In this document: positions 27,609 through 36,940 of the stretch, in pieces | Layout: each line of letters opens with the position of its first letter | Position numbering within the stretch: the stretch's first letter is position 1 | Source of the DNA: Gammaproteobacteria bacterium | Lineage (GTDB): Bacteria; Pseudomonadota; Gammaproteobacteria; Pseudomonadales; Azotimanducaceae | Direction of reading: 5' to 3' | Assembly: GCA_030433075.1 (NCBI GenBank) | Contig: JAUILI010000003.1 | Span: forward strand, 9,596-73,595 | Length of the DNA: 64,000 nt | Notes under the pieces: generated by a model | Seen by the model: only the letters and a program-made list of their open reading frames with translations | Database searches by the model: none | Told to the model about the DNA's origin: nothing | Program-made: the position numbers and the translations under genes

Positions 27609-28653
27609 CTTCCGTGCTCACTCGAAGCGGGGTGATCAGAGCGCAGAGCTTAGCAAGGATCCAGGTGACCACCACGGTGAACACGCCAATCATGATGGTG
27701 CCGAAGATCCCGCCCACGCCGTGGACCGCGAAGACGTCCAGGGTGTCGTCAATCTTCAACTGCTCCTTGATGGCCCGCACGGCCCACTGGCAGAGGATGC
27801 CGGCAATGGCGCCGATGAGCAGGGCTTCCCCGGGGGACACATAGCCCGAGGCCGGCGTGATGGACGCGAGGCCTGCGATGGTGCCGGTGACGAGGCCCAC
27901 GAGGGACGCCTTGCCGAGCTTGATGCGCTCCCAAAGGGCCCAGGTGAGGGAAGCCGCCGCAGCGGAGATGTGGGTGACGGTCAGGGCCATGGCGGCGCCG
28001 CCGTCCGCAGCCAGCTGGGAGCCGCCATTAAAGCCGAACCAGCCCACCCACAGGAGGCCAGCACCGAGCATGACGTAGCCAGGGTTGTGGGGAGGCTTCT
28101 GCTCCCGCCGGGGCCCAAGCATGAGCGCCAGCACCAGGGCAGCGAGGCCAGCGGTTTCGTGCACCACGATGCCGCCGGCAAAATCCTTAACGTCCATGGC
28201 CGCGAGCCAACCCCCGCCCCAAATCCAGTGGGCCACCGGCGCGTAGCACAGGAGCATCCAGAGGCTGGAGAAGAGCAGGACGAAGCCGTAGCCGATGCGT
28301 TCGACATAGGCGCCTACGATGAGCGCAGGGGTGATGATGGCGAAGGTCATCTGGAAGGCGAAGAAAAGCACCTCCGGGATGGTGCCGGAAAGGCTGCTGC
28401 TGTCGACGCCGGCGAGCATGACTTTGCCGAGGCCACCCCAGTAGGGCGCGTCGCTGCCGAAGGCAATGGAGTAGCCGGCGATGAGCCAAAGAACGCTCAT
28501 GAGGGCGGCGAGGGACATGCACTGCATGAAGACGGACAGAACATTTCGGCTGCGCACGAGGCCGCCGTAAAAAAGTGCCAGCCCCGGCAGGGTCATGAGA
28601 AGAACCAGGGCCGTGGCCACGATCATCCAGGCGGTATCGCCGGTGTTTAGCAT
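27547..28653 (-). CDS. amt: Ammonium transporter, AmtB/Mep-type, unusually short (368 aa)
   Basis: Motifs DTAWMIVATALVLLMTLPGLALFYGGLVRSRN, DFAGGIVVHETAG and DVFAVHGVGG. About 33 residues between TM10 and the LRV...EGLD tail appear to be missing relative to E. coli AmtB (my recalled sequence). Confidence 0.88.
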   Translation of the reverse strand: MLNTGDTAWMIVATALVLLMTLPGLALFYGGLVRSRNVLSVFMQCMSLAALMSVLWLIAGYSIAFGSDAPYWGGLGKVMLAGVDSSSLSGTIPEVLFFAFQMTFAIITPALIVGAYVERIGYGFVLLFSSLWMLLCYAPVAHWIWGGGWLAAMDVKDFAGGIVVHETAGLAALVLALMLGPRREQKPPHNPGYVMLGAGLLWVGWFGFNGGSQLAADGGAAMALTVTHISAAAASLTWALWERIKLGKASLVGLVTGTIAGLASITPASGYVSPGEALLIGAIAGILCQWAVRAIKEQLKIDDTLDVFAVHGVGGIFGTIMIGVFTVVVTWILAKLCALITPLRVSTEDEVEGLDYAAHGERAYDLNS

Positions 28654-28784
28654 GCGAAGTGCTCCCCTTGAGTGCGGCGCGCAGGCCCACCGGGCCGAGG
28701 CGCAGCGCTTACCTAAGGGTAAGCGCTCGAGGCCCTGGGCCCTGCGGCCAACCTTTTCTAATTGAATAGCGCGCTTCGAGCGGG

Positions 28785-29126
<342 letters not shown>

Positions 29127-29233
29127 TCATCTCCTGTCGACCCCGGCCCTGTGCCAGGGGGCGACCGTTGGCTAGCTGTTCAAGGGCGGCCAGCGCGCGG
29201 ATGCGGCCCTGCCCTGCGTTCGCGTCTTTTCTG

Positions 29234-29249
29234 TGCAGGTTCTGTGCCC
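29234..29249 (-). promoter_or_regulatory. Sigma54-type -24/-12 promoter for glnK-amt (copy 1)
   Basis: The minus strand reads GGGCAC-AGAAC-CTGCA, about 110 nt upstream of the glnK ATG (29123). Confidence 0.5.
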
Positions 29250-29323
29250 ACCCAAGCGCTTGCCCAAGAACGGCGCAACCCCCGGAAATACCGGGAAAAA
29301 TGCCGTGCCTTGGGGATGTTTAG

Positions 29324-29372
29324 TGCTATTTATTGGTGCACATAAGGAATGCATATGACCCCTTTTGGTGCA
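29324..29372. promoter_or_regulatory. Two NtrC-like enhancer sites upstream of glnK copy 1
   Basis: TGCTAT-TTATT-GGTGCA (29324-29340) and TGACCC-CTTTT-GGTGCA (29356-29372), compared with the consensus TGCACC-N5-GGTGCA. Each has a perfect right half-site. Centres are 32 bp apart, in a locally AT-rich stretch. Confidence 0.35.
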
Positions 29373-29492
29373 TTGCCCCGGCTCCGGCCGTGCGCGGAAA
29401 TCGCGCACGCACGCCGAGGGAGAGGTCCCTCGCAATTCCGTCTCCGCGCCCCTAGGCTTGCTTCATCGTGATCACTGCAACAGGACCTGCCC

Positions 29493-29753
29493 ATGGCCAG
29501 TACCGATCCCCTCCGTGATTTGGTCGAGCGTATTGCTGCGCTCCTGCCCGCCGGGGGCCTCGCCCTTCCGGACGCCTATCGCGAGGAACTCCGCGCGCTG
29601 CTCCAGGGCGTGCTTGCCCGGGGGGAGTGGGTCACCCGGGATGCCTTTGATGCCCAGGTTGCGGTGCTGCATCGCGCCCAGGCCCGCCTTGCGGAGCTTG
29701 AAGCGCGCCTCGAGGCGCTCGAAAGCGCCCCGGCCTCGAGCGACCCCGCCTAA
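29493..29753 (+). CDS. ubiK: UbiK/YqiC-family accessory (coiled-coil) protein
   Basis: 86 aa, helical. LVERIAALLP...TRDAFDAQVAVLHRAQARLAELEARLEALE. Conserved position between glnK and comM. Confidence 0.7.
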   Translation: MASTDPLRDLVERIAALLPAGGLALPDAYREELRALLQGVLARGEWVTRDAFDAQVAVLHRAQARLAELEARLEALESAPASSDPA

Positions 29754-29756
29754 ACC

Positions 29757-31268
29757 ATGGGGTACGGTGCGGTCTACAGCCGTGCGGCGCTCGGCGTGGC
29801 CTCACCCTCCGTACAGGTAGAAGTGCGGCTCAGCGGCGGTTTGCCCACCTTCCAGGTTACCGGGGCGGCAGAGGGGGCCCTCCGGGATCTTCGAGACCGG
29901 GTCCATAGCGCCCTGTCGGCCGTTGGCCATCCCTTTCCCCAGGGCCGCATCACGGTCAACCTGGCCCCTGCGGATCTGCCCAAGCGGGGGGCGCGCTTTG
30001 ACCTCCCCGTGGCCCTGGCGCTCCTGCAGGCTCAAGGGGTGGGGGTGCCCCCGGCGCCGAACTGCGAATTTCTCGGGGAGCTGTCCCTCGATGGGGCCCT
30101 ACGCCCCGTCGCCGGGGCCCTCCCGGCGCTCGAAGCCGCAGCGGAGGCGCAGCGCCTGCTCGTACTGCCCGAGGGCAATGGCCCGGAGGCGGGACTCTTC
30201 CCCGCGCCCCAAGCGCGTCTTGCCCCCTCCCTCGCCGCGGTGCTGGCCTGGCTAAAGGGTACGGCGCCGCTCCCTCGCCCCGTTCCCTCGGAGGCGCCAC
30301 CGCCGGAGGTTCTACCGACCCTGTCCCGGGTTCAGGGGCAGGTGCTGGCCAAGCGCGCCCTGGCCCTTGCCGCCGTAGGGGGGCATAACCTGCTCATGGT
30401 GGGCCCCCCGGGGTCGGGCAAGACTCTCATTGCGGAAAGCTTGCCCGGGTTACTTCCGCCCCTTCGCGATGAAATCGCCCGGGAAGTGGCCATGATCCAA
30501 AGCCTGTCCCAGCGCGGGGGGCTTCGCCATCGGCCCCGCCGGCCCTTTCGCGCGCCCCACCATTCCATCTCCCAGGCGGCGCTGATTGGGGGCGGCGCGG
30601 AAGCCCTACCTGGGGAGGTCTCCCTGGCGCACGGGGGCGTGCTATTCCTCGATGAGCTGCCGGAGTTTTCCCGGGCCGCGCTCGAGGCCCTGCGCGAGCC
30701 CCTGGAAGCGGGGGAGGTGGTGGTGGCTCGGGCCCGGCACCGCGCGCGCTATCCGGCGCGTTTTCAGCTGCTTGCGGCGATGAATCCCTGTCCCTCCGCC
30801 GTGGACTGCCAAAATGGGGCCCCCTGCCAGTGCCCCCCGGGGGCCGCCGCCCGCTACCGGGCCCGCCTCTCGGGAGCGCTCCTCGATCGTATCGATCTCT
30901 TCGTGTCCGTTGCCCCCGTGCCCCTGACCCTGCTGGGTCGCGCCCCGGCGCAGGTCCGGGAGACCGCCGGCGTGCCCACGGCGCGAGCCGTCTCCGAGGC
31001 TCAGCAGCGGGCGCGGGATCGGCAGGGTTGCCTGAATGCCCAGCTTCCCCCGGAGCGCACGGTGCGGGCCTGCGCGCCTAGGGAGTCCGCCCTGGCCCTC
31101 CTCACCTCCGTGGGCACCACCCTTGGCCTCTCCGCCCGCGGTTTTCACCGCACCCTGCGCCTTGCCCGCTCCATCGCTGATCTTGCCGGGGAGCCTGCCG
31201 TCGAGGTGCCGGCGGTGCAGGAGGCCTTGGCCTTTCGCCCGCGGTTTTCCGACGCCGGACCCTGCTAA
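29757..31268 (+). CDS. comM: Mg-chelatase-like AAA+ protein ComM/YifB
   Basis: 503 aa. Lon-protease-like N-terminus, Walker A GPPGSGKT, Walker B VLFLDELPEF. Confidence 0.92.
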   Translation: MGYGAVYSRAALGVASPSVQVEVRLSGGLPTFQVTGAAEGALRDLRDRVHSALSAVGHPFPQGRITVNLAPADLPKRGARFDLPVALALLQAQGVGVPPAPNCEFLGELSLDGALRPVAGALPALEAAAEAQRLLVLPEGNGPEAGLFPAPQARLAPSLAAVLAWLKGTAPLPRPVPSEAPPPEVLPTLSRVQGQVLAKRALALAAVGGHNLLMVGPPGSGKTLIAESLPGLLPPLRDEIAREVAMIQSLSQRGGLRHRPRRPFRAPHHSISQAALIGGGAEALPGEVSLAHGGVLFLDELPEFSRAALEALREPLEAGEVVVARARHRARYPARFQLLAAMNPCPSAVDCQNGAPCQCPPGAAARYRARLSGALLDRIDLFVSVAPVPLTLLGRAPAQVRETAGVPTARAVSEAQQRARDRQGCLNAQLPPERTVRACAPRESALALLTSVGTTLGLSARGFHRTLRLARSIADLAGEPAVEVPAVQEALAFRPRFSDAGPC

Positions 31269-31296
31269 ACTCCCGCGCCCATTTCCGGAGGCCCCC

Positions 31297-33291
31297 GTGC
31301 AACTCAACCCTGCTCAAGCTCGCGCCGTTGCCTATCTCGATGGCCCCTTGCTGGTGCTTGCGGGCGCGGGCAGCGGGAAAACCCGCGTCATTATTCGCAA
31401 GATTCGCCATCTGCTGCGCGAGGGCTGGGCCCCGGAAACGGTCTTTGCCGTCACCTTCACCAATCGGGCGGCCCGGGAGATGCGTGAGCGTTTGAAGGAG
31501 GAGGCGGGGGAGGCGGCGCAGGCCGTATCCATCTCCACCTTTCACCGCCTGGGCCTTCGGATTCTTCGAGAGAACCCCCGGGGCTGTGGTCGACGCAGCG
31601 GCTTCTCCATCCTTGACGGGGGCGATGTCGACAGCCTGCTTCGGGCCCTGCTGCGCCAGCAGCTTGGGGATGCCGCCGAGCCCAGCCTGCTGAAGGAAGA
31701 GGCCCGGCTGGCCACCAGCCTGATATCCCGGTGGAAGAACGAGGACCTCACACCCGAGGCGGCCCTTGCGCAGGCGCGGTCTAGCGGAGAGCGGGCCAGC
31801 GCGGCCCTTTACGAAGCCTATGAGGCGCGGCTGGCGGCGAGCAACGCCGTGGATTTTGACGATCTGATTCTGCTCCCGGCGCGCCTCCTGCGCGGGGACC
31901 CGAGCTGGCGAGCCACCTGGCAAGCGCGGGTGCGCTACCTGCTGGTGGATGAGTACCAAGATACCAACGGCGCCCAGTACCAACTGCTCCGCGCCCTTGT
32001 GGGAAGCGCCGGGGCCCTCACCGTGGTGGGGGACGACGACCAATCCATTTATGCCTGGCGCGGGGCACGCCCGGAGAATCTCCGGGATCTCGCTGCCGAC
32101 TTCCCCACCCTCGAGGTCGTGAAGCTCGAGGAAAACTACCGCTCCCGGCAGACCATCCTTCGCGCCGCGAATGCCCTCATTGCCCATAACGAGCACCTCT
32201 TCGAGAAGCGTCTTTGGAGCCAGCGCGGCGTGGGCGATCCTCTGCGCGTGGTCTCCGTGGAAGACGAGGACGCCGAAGCGGAGCGCATTGCCGCGGAGAT
32301 CGCCGCCGACCGCGTCGCCCGAAAGGGGGCCTGGGGCGACTACGCGGTCATCTACCGCTCTAATCATCAGGTGCGGCGCCTCGAGCTTTGCCTTCAGGCG
32401 CTGCGCATTCCCTATCGCATTTCCGGTGGCGGCTCCTTTTTCGATAAAAGCGAGGTGCGCGACGCTCTGGCCTATTTCCGGCTGGTCCTAAACCTCGCCG
32501 ACGACATGGCCTTTCTGCGCATCGTGAATGTGCCCCGGCGCCAGCTTGGGGCCAGTGCCCTGGCCGCCCTCACGCGGGTTGCCGCGGCTTCGGATTCGGC
32601 ACTCCTCCCCACGGTTCATGAACACCAGGCCGTGGCGCTCGGGAACGCCTACCCGCGTTTTGCCCGCTTCAAGGCCCAGATCCAGGAGGCCCGGGATGGG
32701 CTGCGCCGCGATCCTCCGGCAGCGGTGCTCCGAAGCCTCCTCGAGGCCGTGGATTACGAGGGCTATTTGCGCAGCCAGGAGAAGGAGGATCGCAGCCGGG
32801 CGGCGGCGCGCTGGCAGAGCATCGAGCTGCTCCTTTCGGCGATTGATCGGCGGACCGGGGACGGGGACGCCCCGGAGGATGTGCTCCGCAGCCTCATGCT
32901 TGACGATGGCAATGACTCGGAGCCGAGCGATTCCGAGGTCCAGCTGCTGACGCTCCATGCGGCGAAGGGCCTTGAGTTTCCCCATGTTTGGCTCATGGGC
33001 ATGGAGGAGGGGCTTCTGCCGCATCGCAACAGCCTTGAGGAAAGCGCCCTTGCGGAGGAGCGGCGCCTGGCCTACGTGGGGCTGACTCGAGCAGGGGACA
33101 CGCTGGCCATGACGGTGGCGCGAAAGCGCCGGCAGCGGGGATCGGTGCTAGAGAGTGCGCCGAGCCGCTTCCTAGAAGAGATCCCCGATGAATTCCTGCG
33201 CTGGGAAGGGCTAGAGGCGCCGTCGGAAGCAGAACAGGCGGTGAAGGCGGAGCGCGGGGTGAACGCGCTCCGGGCCTTGCTCGACGGCTAG
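31297..33291 (+). CDS. rep: ATP-dependent DNA helicase Rep (UvrD/Rep superfamily 1)
   Basis: Start chosen at GTG 31297 (VQLNPAQARAVAYLDGPLLVLAGAGSGKTRV). Motifs LVDEYQDTN and TLHAAKGLEF. The ORF-track start at 31036 would overlap comM. Confidence 0.92.
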   Translation: MQLNPAQARAVAYLDGPLLVLAGAGSGKTRVIIRKIRHLLREGWAPETVFAVTFTNRAAREMRERLKEEAGEAAQAVSISTFHRLGLRILRENPRGCGRRSGFSILDGGDVDSLLRALLRQQLGDAAEPSLLKEEARLATSLISRWKNEDLTPEAALAQARSSGERASAALYEAYEARLAASNAVDFDDLILLPARLLRGDPSWRATWQARVRYLLVDEYQDTNGAQYQLLRALVGSAGALTVVGDDDQSIYAWRGARPENLRDLAADFPTLEVVKLEENYRSRQTILRAANALIAHNEHLFEKRLWSQRGVGDPLRVVSVEDEDAEAERIAAEIAADRVARKGAWGDYAVIYRSNHQVRRLELCLQALRIPYRISGGGSFFDKSEVRDALAYFRLVLNLADDMAFLRIVNVPRRQLGASALAALTRVAAASDSALLPTVHEHQAVALGNAYPRFARFKAQIQEARDGLRRDPPAAVLRSLLEAVDYEGYLRSQEKEDRSRAAARWQSIELLLSAIDRRTGDGDAPEDVLRSLMLDDGNDSEPSDSEVQLLTLHAAKGLEFPHVWLMGMEEGLLPHRNSLEESALAEERRLAYVGLTRAGDTLAMTVARKRRQRGSVLESAPSRFLEEIPDEFLRWEGLEAPSEAEQAVKAERGVNALRALLDG

Positions 33292-33295
33292 CGGC

Positions 33296-33721
33296 TTATT
33301 CCGCTGCGGCGACCATATAGTCGACGGTGGCTTGGAGCTCCTCGTCGCTGCAATCCATGCAGGTACCACGGGCGGGCATCACGCCGTTCAGGCCGTTGTA
33401 GGTGCTCTCGTAGAGCGCGTCCTTGCCCTTTGCAATGCGCGGTGCCCAGGCGACGGCGTCGCCGTACTTCGGTGCACCGGCAGCGCCAGACATGTGGCAG
33501 GCCACGCAATAGGTGCTGTACACCGCTTCGCCGCTCCGGGGTGCAGCCGGTGCCGCCGGCGCTGCGGCCACCATTTCCACAGCGCTGCTATCAACGCCGC
33601 CCACGGGGGCGATGCGCTGGGCGATCTCCGTGCGCGTCCCCTGAGGCTCCGGCGCACAGGCCGCAAGGCCAAGGGCAGCAAAGGCAAAAATCGTCAGGCG
33701 AGCAGAACGGAAGAAGGTCAT
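33296..33721 (-). CDS. Cytochrome c5-type monohaem cytochrome
   Basis: Signal peptide, haem-binding CVACH, and the distal Cys pair GTCMDCSDEEL typical of c5. Confidence 0.85.
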   Translation of the reverse strand: MTFFRSARLTIFAFAALGLAACAPEPQGTRTEIAQRIAPVGGVDSSAVEMVAAAPAAPAAPRSGEAVYSTYCVACHMSGAAGAPKYGDAVAWAPRIAKGKDALYESTYNGLNGVMPARGTCMDCSDEELQATVDYMVAAAE

Positions 33722-33817
33722 GGGGACTCCCTAGGTTAATGGGCCGCAAGCTGGGGGGGCAGCCCCCGCGGTGCGCGGCGGATTATAGACGCTTCTTTCC
33801 CTCAGGCCCAAGGGGCC

Positions 33818-34978
33818 CTAGGGCCGCAGCAGCTCCCGCCCCATGAGCATGCGCCGGATCTCATTGGTGCCGGCGCCAATCTCATAGAGCTTGGCGTCGC
33901 GAAGGAGGCGTCCGGCGGGGTAGTCATTGGTATAGCCATTGCCGCCAAGGGCCTGGATCGTTTCCAGGGCCACCCGGGTGGCGGCCTCCGAGGCGTACAG
34001 AATGCAGCCCGCCGCATCAAAGCGAGTGGTTTTCCCCCGGTCTGCGGCGCGGGCGACGGCGTAGACATAGCTACGGGCGGAATTCAGCGCGACGTAGCAG
34101 TCCGCGAGCTTGCCCTGCATCAGCTGGAATTGTCCGATGGGCTGGCCGAACTGCTCTCGGGTTTGCAGGTAGGGCGCCATGCAATCGAGGGCGGCGGCCA
34201 TGAGGCCCAGGGGGCCGCCGGCCAGGACGATGCGTTCATAGTCGAGGCCGCTCATGAGCACCGCTGCGCCCCCGCCGAGGGTGCCGAGCACCCGATCCTT
34301 CGGGATCCAGCAGTCGTCGAAGACCAGCTCCCCCGTTTCGCTGCCCCGCATGCCCAGCTTGTCGAGCTTCTGCGCGCAGGAGAAGCCGGCGTCACCGCGC
34401 TCGATCAGAAAGGCCGTGACCCCCTTGGTCCCGAGGGCAGGATCGAGGGTGGCGTAGACGATCAGCACATCCGCGCTGGGCCCATTGGTGATCCAGAACT
34501 TGCGGCCCTTCAGGCGGTAGCCGTCGCCGTCCTCCCTGGCCCGAAGCTTCAGGCTCATGACGTCGGACCCCGCGTTGGGTTCGCTCATGGCGAGGGCGCC
34601 CAGCGCCTCCCCGCTGATGAGCCCGGGGAGGTAACGGCTTTTTTGCGCGTCCGTGCCCCAGCGGCGCAGCTGATTCACGCACAGGTTGGCGTGGGCGCCG
34701 TAGGAGAGGCCAACGCTCCCCGATCCTCGGCTGATTTCCTCCATCACCACGCAATGGGCCAGATAGCCCAGCCCGGCGCCGCCCCATTCCGGCTCCACCG
34801 TGAGCCCGAGCAGGCCCAGCTCGCCGAGCTTGGGCCAAAGGTCCCGCGGGAAGGTGTCGGTACGGTCAATCTCGTCGGCCCGGGGGGCGAGCTCCCGGCG
34901 GACGAAGTTAGCGGTCAGATCGCGCAGCGCTTCGATGTCTTCCCCAAGGTCGAAATCGAAGGCGGGGAGGGTGGTCAT
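33818..34978 (-). CDS. ivd: Isovaleryl-CoA dehydrogenase
   Basis: 386 aa acyl-CoA dehydrogenase ([19 protein letters not shown]). Adjacent to the methylcrotonyl-CoA carboxylase subunits. Confidence 0.9.
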   Translation of the reverse strand: MTTLPAFDFDLGEDIEALRDLTANFVRRELAPRADEIDRTDTFPRDLWPKLGELGLLGLTVEPEWGGAGLGYLAHCVVMEEISRGSGSVGLSYGAHANLCVNQLRRWGTDAQKSRYLPGLISGEALGALAMSEPNAGSDVMSLKLRAREDGDGYRLKGRKFWITNGPSADVLIVYATLDPALGTKGVTAFLIERGDAGFSCAQKLDKLGMRGSETGELVFDDCWIPKDRVLGTLGGGAAVLMSGLDYERIVLAGGPLGLMAAALDCMAPYLQTREQFGQPIGQFQLMQGKLADCYVALNSARSYVYAVARAADRGKTTRFDAAGCILYASEAATRVALETIQALGGNGYTNDYPAGRLLRDAKLYEIGAGTNEIRRMLMGRELLRP

Positions 34979-34981
34979 GAT

Positions 34982-36931
34982 TTAGTCCTCTTCCAAGCGT
35001 TCGAGCACCAGCAAGGTGGTGCCTTCCACCACCTGCTGCCCCGCCGTGCCCGCAAGCTGGGTCACGACCCCCGGGAAGGGGGCGCGGAGCGTGTGTTCCA
35101 TTTTCATGGCTTCGAGAATCAGCAGCACGGCGCCTGCCTCCACGGCTTGGCCCTCTGCCACGGGGCAGGCTGTGATGAGGCCGGGCATGGGCGCGGTGAT
35201 GAGTCCGTCCCCGGCCCCCTGGCTGGCCTGGGCCGGTTGGGCAGCCGTTTCATCCTCAAAGCGGTGCGTTTCTCCGCCGTGGATGACGGATAGGCGGTCC
35301 CGGGCGTGCCAATGAACCACGCGTTGAAGGCGCTGGCCGCCTTGGGAAAAGTGAAGGACCGGTCCCTCCCAGCGCAGGGCAGCGAGGTTTGCCTCGTCCT
35401 TTGCGCCGTCCACAGGCACGGAGCGCGCCCAGACGCTTTCCCCTTCCCGAACCCGAACCGTCGGGGCAGCAGGGGTGCCGAGGCGGAAACCCGCAAGGGT
35501 GCCGAAGGGGGAGGCCTGGGTCTGGCCCGCGCGCCTGTGGGTCTCGGCGATGGCCAGCGCTGCGGCCCAGCGAGAGCCCTCGTCCGGATCCTGGGGCGCA
35601 AGGGCGTCCTTGCCCTCTCCCTCAAGCCAGCGCGTATGCACCGGTCCCTCGGCGAGGGCTGGCGCCGATGTTAGGCGACGCAGCATCGAGAGATTGTTTT
35701 TGACGCCTTCCAGGCCGCAGTGGGCCAGGGCGCCGCGGAGCCGCCGGAGGGCCGTGGGACGGTCAGGTCCCCAGGCAATGATCTTGGCCAGCATGGGGTC
35801 GTAGTAGGGGCTGATTTCGCTCCCCTCTTCCACGCCGCTATCCACGCGGAGGCCCGGCCCGGACGGCCAGCGCACCGCCGTGAGGGTCCCGGTGCTGGGC
35901 AGGTAGCCCTGCTCCGGGTCTTCGGCGTACACCCGAACTTCGATCGCGTGGCCCTGGGCCGGTGGGCGCTCAGGCAGGGGCGCGCCCTCGGCGATGCGCA
36001 GCTGCCAGGCCACGAGGTCCCAGCCCGTAATGGCTTCGGTCACGGGGTGCTCTACTTGGAGTCGGGTGTTCATCTCGAGGAAGAACACGGCGTCGTAGGC
36101 GACCAGAAACTCCACCGTGCCCGCGCCTTCATAGGCCACAGCCTCGGCCGCGGCCACGGCCGCGCTTGCCAGCTGGGCTCGCACGGTGTCGCTGAGGTTC
36201 GGCGCTGGGGCCTCCTCCAGCACCTTTTGGTGGCGCCGCTGGGTGGAGCAGTCTCGGTCGTAGAGGGCGAGGGTCGTCCCGTGCTGGTCCGCCAGAATCT
36301 GAACCTCAACGTGCCGCGCCGCGGGGAGCCAGCGCTCGAGGAGCACGGCGTCGCTGCCAAAGGCGCTGGCGGCCTCCCGCTTTACCGCGGCGAGGGCCGG
36401 CGCCAGGTCGCTGGCTTCAGGCACCACGCGCATGCCCTTGCCCCCGCCCCCGGCGGCGGCCTTCAGGAGGAGGGGAAAGCCCACCCGCGCAGCGGCGCCG
36501 GTGAGGTCTGCGGCGATCTCCTCCCCCGTTGCGCCGGGGAGCACGGGCACCCCCGCTTTCACCATGGCGCTTCGGGCCTGGTCCTTGTCGCCCATGACCC
36601 GGAGGGCTTCACTGCTCGGGCCGATGAAGGTCAGCCCCGCAGCGCGAACGGCGTCGGCGAAGGCCGGGTTTTCGGATAGAAAGCCGTAGCCTGGATGCAC
36701 CGCATCGCAGTTCGTGGCTGCGGCAGCCTCAAGGAGTCGGTCGATCCGGAGGTAGCTGTCTCGAGCCGGGGCGGGGCCGAGGGCAAAGGTGGCATCGGCT
36801 TCGCGCACCGCCGGGCTGTGGGCATCGGCGTCGGAGTAGACCACCACGCCCTCCCGACCTTCGCGATGCAGGCTGCGAAGAATGCGCAGGGCAATTTCGC
36901 CCCGGTTGGCGATGAGGACGCGCTGAATCAT
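34982..36931 (-). CDS. Methylcrotonyl-CoA carboxylase alpha (biotin carboxylase + biotin carrier) subunit
   Basis: 649 aa. ATP-grasp biotin carboxylase N-terminus and C-terminal biotinylation motif EAMKMEH. Confidence 0.9.
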   Translation of the reverse strand: MIQRVLIANRGEIALRILRSLHREGREGVVVYSDADAHSPAVREADATFALGPAPARDSYLRIDRLLEAAAATNCDAVHPGYGFLSENPAFADAVRAAGLTFIGPSSEALRVMGDKDQARSAMVKAGVPVLPGATGEEIAADLTGAAARVGFPLLLKAAAGGGGKGMRVVPEASDLAPALAAVKREAASAFGSDAVLLERWLPAARHVEVQILADQHGTTLALYDRDCSTQRRHQKVLEEAPAPNLSDTVRAQLASAAVAAAEAVAYEGAGTVEFLVAYDAVFFLEMNTRLQVEHPVTEAITGWDLVAWQLRIAEGAPLPERPPAQGHAIEVRVYAEDPEQGYLPSTGTLTAVRWPSGPGLRVDSGVEEGSEISPYYDPMLAKIIAWGPDRPTALRRLRGALAHCGLEGVKNNLSMLRRLTSAPALAEGPVHTRWLEGEGKDALAPQDPDEGSRWAAALAIAETHRRAGQTQASPFGTLAGFRLGTPAAPTVRVREGESVWARSVPVDGAKDEANLAALRWEGPVLHFSQGGQRLQRVVHWHARDRLSVIHGGETHRFEDETAAQPAQASQGAGDGLITAPMPGLITACPVAEGQAVEAGAVLLILEAMKMEHTLRAPFPGVVTQLAGTAGQQVVEGTTLLVLERLEED

Positions 36932-36940
36932 GGGCAGGCC

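Noticed and set aside
26019-28650. Long plus-strand ORFs 26019-27557 (512 aa) and 27577-28650 (357 aa)
   Set aside because: They are antisense to the serine hydrolase (SxxK and YxN motifs present) and to amt (Amt pore motifs present). They are shadow ORFs with low-complexity Gly/Arg/His-rich translations.
29294-29311. Second sigma54-like box on the minus strand (AAGGCAC-GGCAT-TTTTCC) upstream of glnK copy 1
   Set aside because: The -24 GGCAC element is fine, but the -12 element lacks the GC dinucleotide. The box at 29234-29249 fits better.
31102-32367. 421-aa minus-strand ORF, plus similar long antisense ORFs elsewhere
   Set aside because: The others are 17771-18730, 34130-35293, 35720-36679, 38541-39521, 46095-47348, 49603-50676, 52692-53939, 57581-58348, 60698-61660 and 62649-63518. 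Each lies opposite a gene with unambiguous conserved motifs (rep, crotonase, ivd, MCC, aminotransferase, amtB, hemD/X, rho, reductase fusion, ABC-F, hydrolase). None has recognisable motifs of its own.
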